Origin: Thalia democratica
Taxonomy: Eukaryota
Direction of reading: 5' to 3'
Length of the DNA stretch: 64,000 nt
NCBI GenBank assembly: GCA_965202585.1
Contig: OZ241833.1
Span: 34,348,001 to 34,412,000, forward strand
Of this stretch, positions 12,451 to 25,300 are shown piece by piece; the stretch's first letter is position 1, and every line of letters begins with the position of its first letter. The position numbers were made by a program, and so were the translations under genes. The notes beneath the pieces were generated by a model. That model saw only the letters and a list, made by a program, of their open reading frames with translations, was not told the origin of the DNA and did no database searches.

Positions 12451-15400
12451 GTTTAATAGAGCGTAAAAATTAATTCTAAATGAAATAAAACTGAGTTTTT
12501 TTGATAGTAAGCTGTTAAAAAGTATGTCATTAAAAAAAAATTAAACCAACTACAACTATAAATACTTTTACACTTTTACTATATAAAAAAGAAGCACCGA
12601 CTGATAGTTTACATTCTGAAATATTTTGCAAAAATTTGATGGATTAGATCGGTTAGCGTATCATAAATAGAGAAATTAATCAAGGTTAATTGAACTGGTA
12701 TTTGTATTGCAACTTGAAGAGAAGTATAAGGAAAACTTTAAGGCCTAAGGGTGTCAGAAATCAACAAAAAACCTGCATTTGGTAAACATCGCTTAAATTA
12801 GTTGGCTATGATCAGTGTTTGTTATTATATTTGTTTATTTTGAAAAAAAAGCAGACTTACTATTTATTTTAAAAACTATAGAAATGATCTTTTTAGTAGT
12901 CATTCTTACACTTTGAGATTGCTGTTTGTTTTTTAATTTTGTGATAGTGCTACTTGATTTGTGTTTGTTAAGTTCTTAGGATTCATTCAGAAACACTTTA
13001 AGAGTACTAAGAGTTTAGAGCTTTAAAAGTTGATAAGGTTATACGATTATATCTTTAATTTACTTTTTTGAATTAAAGGTTATAATGAAACTTATGTTAT
13101 ATAAACGGCGATCAACTTTATAGTAATTAGGACTATTATCTTTTGTTGTTCTTTTAATGAATTTGTTTTTAAGTAAACAGCTTTACATGACTAATAAATG
13201 TACGCTGTGTATTTAGTTTATTATACCACCAGCTAGTCACAAATGAATAAAGTTTGTTGATTTATTTTCATCAAAATTTTTAAATACAACACAACAAAAG
13301 TAAATTTAAATTAAGAAAACATTGCTTTTAATGTCTAAAAAGTTTGAAATAAAGGAAATGCTTTAAAGAAATTTGAAAATACGGATCTTTTTTGTAGAAA
13401 ATACAATAAAAGTTAAAATTAAATTGCGTAAAAGAAGCTTCAATTATGAAAAACTAACCAAAAAAAGTTTCTAAGCATTTGAAAAATATTGGATTTTTTA
13501 TTTTTTGTAGACACTACAATATACAATAAAAATACCAACAAGCAGTTAAATTGCCCGAAAGAAGCTTATAAGTTCACGTACAAATTCAAATGTTTATCAA
13601 GCTTGCACACTTTTGTTTTGTAAACAAGTTCGTAACCACCTAACCCCGCCAGTGAATTCAGAGAAAAGCAAATTAATCTTGTTAAAGTGTCGCCAAGTAA
13701 TTTTCTCATTTCATTTCTTGATGCACACTTTATTGAAAAATGAACTGCAAAATGTTGAAGTTTTTGTCGTAAGTTTTTGCTTCACAAAGTTCAAACGACT
13801 TCCAAGTTTTGACAAAGTCGCACAATGCAGTAAGCACTGCGTGTGTTTGTGTACGTTTTAATTTTCAAGCACCATCGATCGCAGTTGAAACGTTTTACTT
13901 TGATTAAGAGCTGCTTTGAACTTTTAATGCAATCGAATAAGCATCGTTGTTGATTGTCACTTGATTATCATCGCTTAAACGAGTTTATGAAATGAACTCA
14001 AAAAATTACGCGTTTAAAACTGGTGCACTATTGTTTATCACTTAATTTAAAGTAGTTAAAGTAGCTGTACGAGTGTTTGGAACCAGCTCGTTTATTAAGG
14101 CCAAGTCTGACTATTCAAGTAATTAAAAATAGTTTCAGGGTTATACGTTTTAGCTTAAAGTTTAGAGTTCTAAGTTATCATTTCGTAACAACAGCTTTTG
14201 CAAGTTTAAACTAAAAGTTCATTCTTTACTTTTGACACAGCTTTGATGTTACCCTTCGCTTAATGTATATTTACACAGCTTTTTTGAATAAAAACATTCA
14301 AAAAACTCATAAAGCTTAAACCGCTGATCTTTTCAAAACTTCTGCATTCAAAGGCAATCGACTGAACAGTTAAAACCTCGCTAAAACCACATCGAATGTG
14401 GATTGATTTAACCCAATGAAGTTTCAGCACCAAATGTTTATTTAACCTGCATCAATCATCAAACCTCGAAACGCGAAATTAAGAGTCGAATACACTTGAG
14501 CAAAGTTCATGGAGCACTTGAAAAAAGGACAAAAACAGCACAGTGGCAGGCGCAAAGCCGAAAAGGCTCATTTGTCAAGTTCAACGCAGTCGAGCTCACA
14601 CTTTCAGCTCGCAGTTACGCAAGTTCATAACAAAATTGAATAATCTGTTATGCTAATTGTAAGAATAAACTTTTAAATTTGTTAAAGGTTAAATATGTTG
14701 TCAGTTATATATATTTTTTGTTTTAGGCTTTTAGGCTAGAGGTAGTTTACAGAAGTATGTTTAACAGCTTTAATTTTGTTGATGAATAGAAAAAAAAACT
14801 AAAGTTGGTTAGTAAATATGAAACTTAATGCTAATTTGTATAACTTTAAGTTAGTTGATAAATTATGTACAAAAGTTATTTTAGTTTGTATGTTAGAAAC
14901 CTTTATGCTAGTTGTACACAAAAACTTTTGAAGAAAATTATTATCTTTTTCTTTTAAATGCTAAGTAACTATTCATTTACAGAATACATTTTTTTCAGTG
15001 TTTAGCGTTCAAGTTAAGGGTAATTTGCATACATTTGCTTTAAAGCTTTGCTTTTTTTTGGTAAAATTAGTTTACTAAAGTTATTTAGAAAAGTTTAAAG
15101 TGTTCTAAGCTTATATGGTAGAAATTATTTTGTTGGTTTTGTACAAAAGCATAGTCTATGGAGAAAACAATTCTAGACTAGGTTATTTTAAGACTTAAAT
15201 ACACTTTATTTATTTTTTCATTTGACTTTAAGTTTTTTATTTTTAGTACTTTCATGTCTTTTTTTCTAACGTTTTATGTAAGGGTTTATGCTTCATTAAC
15301 AGCTTTTTTTATCTTCTATTCAAAGCTAAAAACACCTAAATAACTCGACCCCAATGACAATGGTTTAAATAAAAATGTTACAAAACGCAGATGGCATGCC

Positions 15401-16689
15401 GCTCTATTAATTGAAAAAAAAAATTTTCAAAGAACGCAACGTGCTTATTATAAACATAAACTTTATGAGAGCGTTGATTAATTTTCATAAAACCGAATAA
15501 GCTCAATGCCAGGATGTTTTGGTCATACGCTTACCAAGAAGCGTCGTGACTTGACCACCATGCGTTAATCACAATGGCCATTGTTTATTGTTGCCAATAT
15601 TCTTCATTGAAAACTCATGCCACTCGAATATATGTAGGCTTCAAACAAAAAAGCGCTTTGATCATCGCAAACTAAATTTTTGATGTTGATGGTGCTCTAA
15701 TTAAGTGTTTATTTTTATTTGGTTATTGAAGTTTGTGTGTTAATTGCGAAATTAGTTAAGTGAGTTCTGTTGGTTGAAAAGTTATCTTCAATTTTGTTTT
15801 AAATTTAATTAGTTTTGTTTGAAAACTGTGAGGCTTGAAAAATCAGTTTTTATTTGTGTACATAAAAAGATCTGTTTTGTAAAATAGTTTTTGCAGGATC
15901 ATTAAAAATAATGTAGTAGTGTAATGGTTTGTTTTGTTACTCAAACATATGTAGGTTTCAAAAGGCTTTGATCAAACAGATCAAACTTACAAGGCAATAC
16001 GCGTGTATTATAATGGCACTTTTGTATGGTGCTCTATATAAGTGTTTATTTTGGTCTAGTTTTATTGAAACTGGTGTGTATTTACTGAAAAATAAGTTAA
16101 GCTTGTTTGTTTATTAATCTGTTTTTTTTTGAAGTTTTTGTAGTAGTGTTTAAAAACACTTGTAAGTTGAGAACTCAGTTCGTGTTTGTGCTTTAAAAAG
16201 TCTTTGCTTTGTAATTTTGTGTGTGCAGTAGTTTTTGATAAAATAGTTGAGAAAGAATAAACAAGTAAGTTGTATTCAGCTTTTGTGAAGTGTTTTTCAA
16301 CTAAATAAAATATTATAGATTATTATAGATTATTTTAACCAAAATAAGTTTAACTGAGTATTAAAAAACTTGATTGAATTAGTTAGAAGTTGTGAAAGAA
16401 AAGCTATTTATATTTCAATACAAACACAGTGTATAATCAAAAAATAAATCCGTATTAAATTTTATATAATATATAAGTTTTAATTACTTTAACTATAGCT
16501 TTAACTCCATATTAAAAATTATTAAACCAGATTTTAAAATAAATATTATAACTGAACAGTATATAAAAACACTTAATTTTAAAACTAACCGAGTTTTTAT
16601 TTTCAAAATTAAATCGCCAACTTGAGAAGCTTAACAAAAACTTTACTGGGAACTTATCAAAACAAACTTAAATCCTTGAAAACCCAAAG

Positions 16690-17110
16690 ATAATGTATTC
16701 ACAGCGCTATCATGGCCTATATTCAAATGAAATTCCAAGTAAAAAATAGGCCGTGCTGTCACCATAACGCTATTTTAAACAAAATTCTACTGAGAAGTTC
16801 ATTGTGACGTAGCACAATGGAGGCATTGTGCGTTTTGTGTATTAAGCTCACTACGAGTGCGCGCGCTACTCGCTCAAGGTTCGGCACAAAAGGGCTTTTC
16901 ATTCGGAGCACAATACACGTTAAGCTGGCAACTTTTTCATTGTGCTCGAATGTAGGTCAGTCGTGTTGAATGTAGGTCGGTCGTGTTTGGTTAGCGCGCG
17001 CAAGGTTAAAGCCAAAGCGAGTTTGTTTGAGCTTGAGATTTTTGTGTGCTTGGTTAGCGAATATTTTAACTAAGCCAAGGAAAAGCATGTGTACTTTTAG
17101 CAGTTTGTCG
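16690..17110. promoter_or_regulatory. CpG-enriched non-coding island, putative enhancer or promoter upstream of FoxH
   Basis: Local GC/CpG rise (two gcgcgcgc runs), Sox-type ACAATG/CATTGT sites, TGTGTATT at ~16835, 20-bp tandem repeat with AATGTAGGTCA at 16948-16987; no ORF of 60 aa or more. Confidence 0.45.
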
Positions 17111-19579
17111 GATTTAGAGCTTTTTTTGTAACTATTTTTGCATAATGTTTTTAATAATTTTGAGATGAAATCCTGTGGGCAATTAATTTAAGAACATCGA
17201 AAATTTTACGTTGACTCACTTATGAAAGATTATCTGTAAAATATTTAAACAAGTTTTAAATTATCAAGTATGTTTTAAAATTTATTAGGTTCTTTATTTT
17301 ATTATAAAAAAAAAGCGTTTTCATGTTGCATGCAAATCGCAATATCAGAGATCTTTTTCCGTTTAGTGATAAAAAACCTCATCGGATTCGTTTTTTAACT
17401 TTGTTGAGTGTTTGAACTGAACGAAATAGGATTAAGACGAGTGTTTGAGTGCACTTAAGCTTAATACTTTTAGATATCATTCTTAAGTTAAACTGGCTAT
17501 CATTCTTTTTAGCTTTGGTGAAATGCAAACATCTCAATTACTATTTTTTTTTTTGGATTTTAGACTAATAAAAGTGATTTTTTTTCTTCTAAGAACTGTT
17601 TTCAGAAACGGCTTTATGCTTTAAGCAAACCACATTGAAACTTTGCTATGTTTGAAAGATGATTAAGACAAGAAGGTTTCTCACGGTTTATAAAAAAATT
17701 GAAGGTAGTGCACCAAAGTATCAAAGTTTAGGTTACTGATAGGTTCATTTATTTTAGTTACAAAGTAGAGTCAGATTGCTGGAATGAAAAAGTATTGTTT
17801 TTGTGTTTACTACTCGAACGTTCATTTTTTTATGTTTCTTAGAAAAATTTACCATATATTTTAAATAAAAAAGTTTAAGTTTATTAAAATAAATTAATTG
17901 CAATCCAATTAACGTAAGAGATACTGATTGGTTAACAAAAACTTTTGTATAAAAAAAGAACTTATTTTTAGATTTTATTTAAAATTTTGATTTCTTAAAG
18001 TAGTTTTTATTAAAATCAAACCGTTGAAAAGTATAGTTTAGTACTTGACGTTTAAGAAATTTTACAACAATAATAGTTACTTGATTTTTTTTAAATTTTG
18101 GTAGATTTTAGTAGAGTTTAAATTCTATGACAACTTTAACAAATGCTATTTTTATTGAAGTTTTTGGAGTTATTTTTTTAAATTATAAATAAAAAGTGTT
18201 TTTTTTTGTATCTTTTTCTGTTTTAATCAGTGATAATCAACCGATTTGTTGAAAAATAACTTTAAACAATTTTTTTAAGACTAGCATTTGTTAGTATGTT
18301 CAGTGATTGTGTGAATCTAGTACAACTTATTGCTTTTTTATTTATAAATATAAACACTTGATCGATATTCACATCCGTGACAAATTCCAAAAATACTTTA
18401 AGTAAACTTCAATATTGATTTTAAATTTAAATAGTAGATAAATTTTGGTTGGATAAAAAAAAAATTAAAAAAAGCTAATATGTAAAATATTCAAACGTTA
18501 TACATTTGTTAGAGAGTTAAACAACATTTAAAGCAGTTTTAATCGACAAAAAAAATCATCGATTTTATAGTAAACAAGTTATCTAAAAAAAAAATTAATA
18601 GAAATATAATACAAGTGTTTTAAAAATTATTTCCTTTAAAAGCTTATTGTTTTAAAAGTTTTTTAAAAAAAGTATTTTACTATTTTAAAATATTTACTTT
18701 TTGACTACTTGTCAAGACAAAATTTTTTTTTACTAACTAAAAAAACTGTAAAACTTTTACAACATTATTTAAATGCATTAAAATTAAAACTAACTAATCT
18801 TACTTTCAAAAAGTGTCGAAGCTGAGAAACTTGAGACTTTCTAAGTTTAACGTTTTGTATATTCACGGTTTTGTAATCACTAAATAAATCAAAAAAGGTG
18901 AAACGTAATAACCGAAAAAAACAAGACATGACAGGCGAAATCAGCATTTGTCAAAAAGACTTTGTTTTTCAGACAATTTATTTGCATTCCCACAAAAAGG
19001 GCAGATTGTTATTTATTTTTTAAAAAATTTGCTTTTTGGTCACGTATTTTTCATCCTTTCGCTTCACCCCTGATCAAGTTTCAGACTTTTTCGGGGGTCG
19101 AATTTCGAGTTTGGGAGGTGAAAAAGGGGGGCCGTTGATTGATACCTCGGTCTCGAATAAACAAATTTTTACGCGTCGATTCCTTCGGTGATTGATACAC
19201 AAAATAGTGTGGGGTTGCAAATAAAGTGTGTGAAAATAGCTGTTTGGGTTCAACATAGGTTATGCAATTCGAAAAAAAAAGTTAACAAGTTATAATAAAC
19301 TACAAGTAATTATTTTGAAAAGCTCTAAGTTGTTGTATCTCAAGAAAGCGTGTGTGTTAAAAAAAAATTATTGGTTGACTTAACACTCGTTACGTTATAA
19401 GAAAATTGTGAAAGGCAACGGTAAATTGCAAGTGATAATTTCGAAAAGAAAGTTTTTGTACCACATGCAAATATGAGTAATTGCTTTTTTTTTTGCGATT
19501 ATAGTTAAAATAAGCTAGCCACAGTAAAAAAGCTTTATTGTTTTTACATCTAGCCACAAATCTAACCAAGTTAAATACA

Positions 19580-20350
19580 AATTAATCATTTGATTTATCG
19601 ATACACACAGTTTGTAAAACAAACGTGTATTGCGTATAACCGTGCAACAGATTAGTTAGCGTTTTGAATAAACTTGAATGGTCTAAAAAATTTATAAACA
19701 TATTAATCATTTGATTTATTAATACACACTGTTTGTAAAGTAAAAGCGTATTGCGTCGACTTTTGTAATTTAGTGGCATGTTCGTAATAAGACCACTTCT
19801 ATAGTTTTGTCCTCCTTTTTTAAGTGCTTTTATTTGTTTTGCAGTTGGTTTTTGTTTTTTAATCTGCAAACTGAATTTAAAATGAAACTTGAAACTGATA
19901 CTTTTATCTTTTAAAGGAAACTCTAGAATAAATTCTATACAATGTGCCTTTTTTTTTTTATAAATACATTCTAGAAACTAAAGTTTTAGAATTTTAAAAG
20001 AAACATTTAAAAAAAACTCAAACTTTGAATATCTGTTTTGTTTTACATTGAATAAGAAACAACAGTTAAAATAGAGAAAAACGAAAACTTGCGATTTAAT
20101 TAATCCAATACACATCAGTTTGTATAAAAGTTCAAACCTCATTAGGTGAGGTAACAAAAGCCTCTTTTTTTAAACAGCCAATACACTTTACCCTTGGCTG
20201 GGCGTGTGAACGAAGCTTGGGTATTACTCAAGTTAATTAGAGTTGAAAAGAAGAAACTAGAACTCTCTTCTTCTTTACTACTTTTTTATTCACTCAATCA
20301 CTTTGCACTTACAGAGTCTCATTCAAGCTGTGTATTGCTGCTGACAAGCT
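19580..20350 (+). promoter_or_regulatory. Putative FoxH proximal regulatory region/promoter with clustered FoxH-type sites
   Basis: AATACACA at 19721 and 20107, TGTGTATT at 20329; ~60-bp direct repeat (~19580-19640 / ~19700-19760) carrying TAATC and TGATTTAT; CCAAT near 20198 and GGGCGTGT near 20200-20207. Confidence 0.5.
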
Positions 20351-22365
20351 ACATTTAAAAGATTTGTGTTGACAGTTTTAGTAGAGTGTCTCTAGTAAAG
20401 TTTTAAGAGAGAATGATAGTTTTACAGAAACAAAATAAAGTAAATATGTTTGTGTAGTATGTGTTGAAAAATATTTCTATGAGCCTAAAAACAATAACGA
20501 ATTCTTAATGTTAAACAAAAATCAAACATAAAAGTTTTAATAGTTGAGTTAACAAAACTACTGAAATTTGAACATGATCAAGTATGTTTTTTTTTAGTCT
20601 TTTAGTGTAAAACTACCGTGATTAATTGGTAATTGTTCTTACTAATTGTGTTGCAATCTTAACTATATTCAAAGCCGCTTTAACTAGAAAAAGAAAAAAG
20701 AAGATTAGTAAATATATAGTTGATCACACTTATAATGGTGTTTTTTTTTTCAATTTTTAAAAGCATACGACTTACAGCCGCTTCAAATATTCTTTTTAAA
20801 CGTAAAAAAGAAGCATTGCTGAAGTAAAATTAGTTTGTTATTTTTGATAATAGCCTAAGTTATTAAGCTCATTGTTTATGTTTTATAACAGTAAACTTAA
20901 ACTTTTTTAGGCTTGTGGCAAAATATTAAGGTAATAAACCAAAAAAAAAACATTTGATTAATTAACTTTTTTTTGTTCAGCTATTTATCAACACCTTAGT
21001 ACTGTTTTGAACAAAAAAGTTAGCTTTTTTAGTTTAGGAAAACTCAAGAGCCTCCAATTAAAAAAAAAACAGTTAGGAGTGAATAAAAAAGCATATGTTC
21101 ATAGACTACTATTATAAACTTATGTCATTAAACTATTCATATGTAATGTTTAAAGAATGTATATTGTTGCGTAACATATTGCGTCATAGGACAAAATCCG
21201 ATTTCGATTTTCTAGCACTCCCGCTAAAGACTCAACTGTATGCATTTCTGTCATCATTACTTAATGGCCAAGTACTCATTTATGTCAATGCTTCAGTAAA
21301 ACCTTTTTATTTTTAAATTCTTCTCTACTTACAAGGTTGGAACTAATTTTGAAAGTATAATCATTGAATTTTTTTGTAATATTGTAAAAAGTTTTTATTT
21401 ATTTCGTGAAACAAAAAAAAATGTTAAGAATTAGTGAAATCTTAAAGTTTTAGGGTTAATTTGCTTTAGTTTAGTATTCTTGCGTTTTTCTTTGTTTAGT
21501 TTACATTTTGAGTATTTTTATTTATAAGATTTCTTGTTAAAAATGTTTATTTATTTATAAAGGATCATTACCTTTTAAAACTGTTTAAACTTTGAATTAT
21601 AACTCAAATTGCTTTTCTGACAAATTAATTTGTAAAATTTAAGTTGCGAGATAAACATATTTTTTATTCCTTTTCTTCAAAGTTTGATGAAGTTTAAGTA
21701 TTCAATCCACAATTGAGCAACATTTAAGTTTTGGAAAACCATAGTTTATTGACTTTAATATGACTAAACGTGGTATACTTTCATTTGTAGATGTAATATT
21801 TTTATTAAAGCGAAGATCGTTTAACGTTGAGTTCACCTTAATAAAATATTTTAGCACTCAAAGTATAAAGTTATTGTTTACAAAACCTTAGATTTTTATT
21901 TTAAGTATTACAGATATAACGTTTGTTTTATCTTTATTTTCTTTTCAAAAATATTACATTAAATTTACCAAAAGTTCCTAAAAAGTATATTCTTCTGGTT
22001 TTAAATTAACACAAAATTTTTGTTGTTGATGATAAGAATATCCTTTTTTTTGGTTTTGTCGAGACTTACTTTAATACTTTTTTTGTAAAACGAGATCAAA
22101 TAAACATTTAAAAATTTTATTTCAAAAATTATGAAGTTTATAAGTTTTTGCTGTCGAGAATAAACAGTTTTGTATCACTTTTTATTGAACAAAACATCAT
22201 ATAAACTAATCACTAGTGTAAACTTTTTAACCATCAAAAAATTATTATAGTAAAAGAATTATTAATTTTACTTGAAACAAAAAACCATTTACTGTGAATG
22301 TATTGACCATAAAGATGATTTGAAAAATAAAATTCTAATGAAAAGATTTTACAGAAACAGTAAAT

Positions 22366-25300
22366 ATGAACTACAATAATAACAAAGAATTACAACGCAG
22401 GTCTAGCACAGGTAAATGTTATCTATTTTATAGCAAGTTTAACTAAATTGAAAACAATAACTATTGTTTGAAAGTAACTTAACTAGAAAAGGTGCAAGCT
22501 TTAAAAGTGCGTTACAAAATGACGCTTAGCATGGTGTTTACGAATACTTTTTAGTTTCGTTTTTTTAAATTTTAATATTGAAAGATAAATAATTTTTCAA
22601 ATTAGGTTAATAAAAAAACAGCTTAAAAAGACTATAAAGAGTTAGTTTGTTCTTATATGAATAGAAATGTAATTAAAAAATTTCACTAATAAATAGATGA
22701 GCTTTTAAAAAGCTACAACTGTTATTTTTTAAATGAGGTAAAAAATAATGATTTGAACTACATTCAATTTTTACCATTTGCTTTTTCTAAATAATAATAA
22801 AAAACTACATACATAAGTTCATCACTTTAGTGTTCAGTAACTATTTACTTAAACACCAGTCAATTTGTTTATTAATTTTAATTAAAAATATACTATTTTA
22901 AACTATGTAATAAAAAATATTTTTTACAAACAGGTTCTTTACCGAGCGCAAGCAACCGCAAGCCGAACCTGAGAAACCGCATGCAGCGCCACCTAATGTA
23001 CGCGGAAAGCAACTTGGACGCGCCAAACTCAACGATGGCGAAAATTCAACAGAACGCCGCAACACAGCAACAGGTATGAGTTAAATTCATTCGTTGTCGT
23101 AATGTAGATCAGGGATTCCAAAAATCTTTTTATAATCGCTTACTTGGCGGAAACTAAAAACCTAATTACCCAGGTTAATTATATATCCTTTACTAGTTAG
23201 TTACCCAATTACTCTCCGCTACTTACTAGCTGTCGTCACCCAATTGAGAAATCAAGATGTAAACTTAAAGTAATTTTTACAGCAGCAACTGAACAACGCA
23301 GCGGTCCAGACCAACCAGGCCGCCCTGATCCGGCAACTGGTGGCGGAGAACGCGTACAACTGGGCCTTCCAGAACATCTACAACCACCAGTTGCTCAGCG
23401 CGATCCAGATGGCCCGGATGTACTCCAACATCGCAGCGAACAATTTGTTCCAGCTTCACAACCCTCGGAGCTCGGAGTCGCTGGGCCAGTTCAGCAGGAC
23501 GCCGACCCCTGAGATGCCGAGTCCAGTGGTCGTTGGCAGGACCTTGAATGTTTCGTTGCCAGGTGGTCAGGAAAAGAGGAGCTTTTTGCCTTTCAACTCT
23601 GTGCAGCTAGAGTCCGGAAAAATTGCGCGCCAAAGCGTTTACTCAAAGCCGCCGAAAAGAAACGCAAGCGTTTCCGTTAGTCCCAAGGCAAAACCGGTTA
23701 GTTTTTATGTTTTAATAAAAAAATAAAGCCTGAGTTTGAAACTAAATAAGTTGCAAAATACATAAACAAAATTAGCTAAAAGCCCTTTATACTGCATAAC
23801 AATTTATCAGTTTAAGTTTTTAAGTTTTTTAAATGGAAAAGCCACAAGTATGCTACTATGCCAGTGTAATTTAACACTTTATCATTTAAACACTCCTCCT
23901 TGACAAAACAAAAACTTCAAAGGGGCCGAAAAGAAAAGCCCAGAAGACGAGCCAAACCTCCCCGAAAAACCCCAGGAGCGACATGGAGCAGTATCAGGAC
24001 AAGCCCAAGTACAAGCGGTACGACAAGCCGCCGTACTCCTACATCGCCCTCATCACGCTGGCGATTTACTCGAGCGAGCAGAGGAGCCTGCCCCTGGCGG
24101 ACATACTGAAGAGGATGACCCGGATGTTCGCCTTTTTCACAGACGACCAGGGAGAGTACCAGGGGTGGAGGGACTCGGTGAGGCACAACCTGTCCCAGTA
24201 CAACTGCTTCAAAAAAGTCTGTTGGATGAATATTTGTAAGAAAAATTTTTACAAAATGATTTAAGTTAAACTGTCTTTGAACACTTTGTTGGTTTTGTGG
24301 AAAGAAAGTTTGTTTAGTGTTCGTGTTTTTGTGGGAAAATATTTTATTGATAAGGGTTTTCAACACGAACAAATGTTATACAAAATGGTACACCTGAAAT
24401 TATAATTTAAAAACGAAAATTTGGTTAATATAAGCTCTGTTTGTCTGAGTAAACAATTCCGTGAGGCAAAATTTTTCATAGTACAACTGCTTTAAAAAGT
24501 CTGTTTTTTATTTGTTTTGTTATTTTTTTGTTTATAGAAAAAGTTATATTGTTTTTTGTTAATTTTAATTGGTAATGACAAGCTACCTTATCTGGGTGTA
24601 AAAATAACGGATATTTTTTGCACGAAGTCACTTTTGCAAGGATTTCATTCAAAACTATTACCAAACTTGTAATTAAATTATAATTTTAATATAAATAAAA
24701 TAAAACTAATTAAAGTTTAAAATAGTCTTTAAAAAAAAAACTTGGATAAAATTAATATAAAAGACCTAAACAAAACCAGCTAGAAAGTGACTCTTGTGAA
24801 TTTTTGGACTTCCACCATGGGTTTAAGACATAATGCAGTAAGGTGAAAAATTCTAAAGATTTAAACAAGCAGAGCCCGTAGGAAGGTCATCACAACTTTT
24901 ATTGTACGTAAAAAGTTAATTGTGAAAAATGAATAGTATTACAGAGTCAAAAAGTTTTCGACTATGTAGGGCTGTTCATACTTTATGTGAATAACAAAAC
25001 GATGTCTGTCAATAAAATAGGTGTGTTTATTTTTATCTGGGCATATAAATTTAAAACTGTTGACCTTTAAACTAAAGAACTTAAATTTTTATCGCGGCTA
25101 CTGTATCAAATTTCTTTCTTTAACTACATCACATTGTATTAGTAACTTTTATTTATTTCAATGTCGATCCGTTGTTGTATGTAAATCACGTAAGGGAATT
25201 GTACTCTAATGAGCATTGTATTGAGTATTCTGTTATGTATTCTGTTGAGAGTCACATTCATTTGAGTCATCCATGCCCTTTAATTAGCACACTGTTACCG

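Noticed and set aside
19040-19140. CACCCCTG hAT-like right end and G-rich tract
   Set aside because: No matching left TIR or TSD found.
3882-21316. Short AT-rich ORFs (3882, 5396, 8311, 13613, 15929, 18765, 19074, 19582, 21095) and similar ones after 24 kb
   Set aside because: No GC3 signal, no domains, many non-ATG starts; expected by chance.
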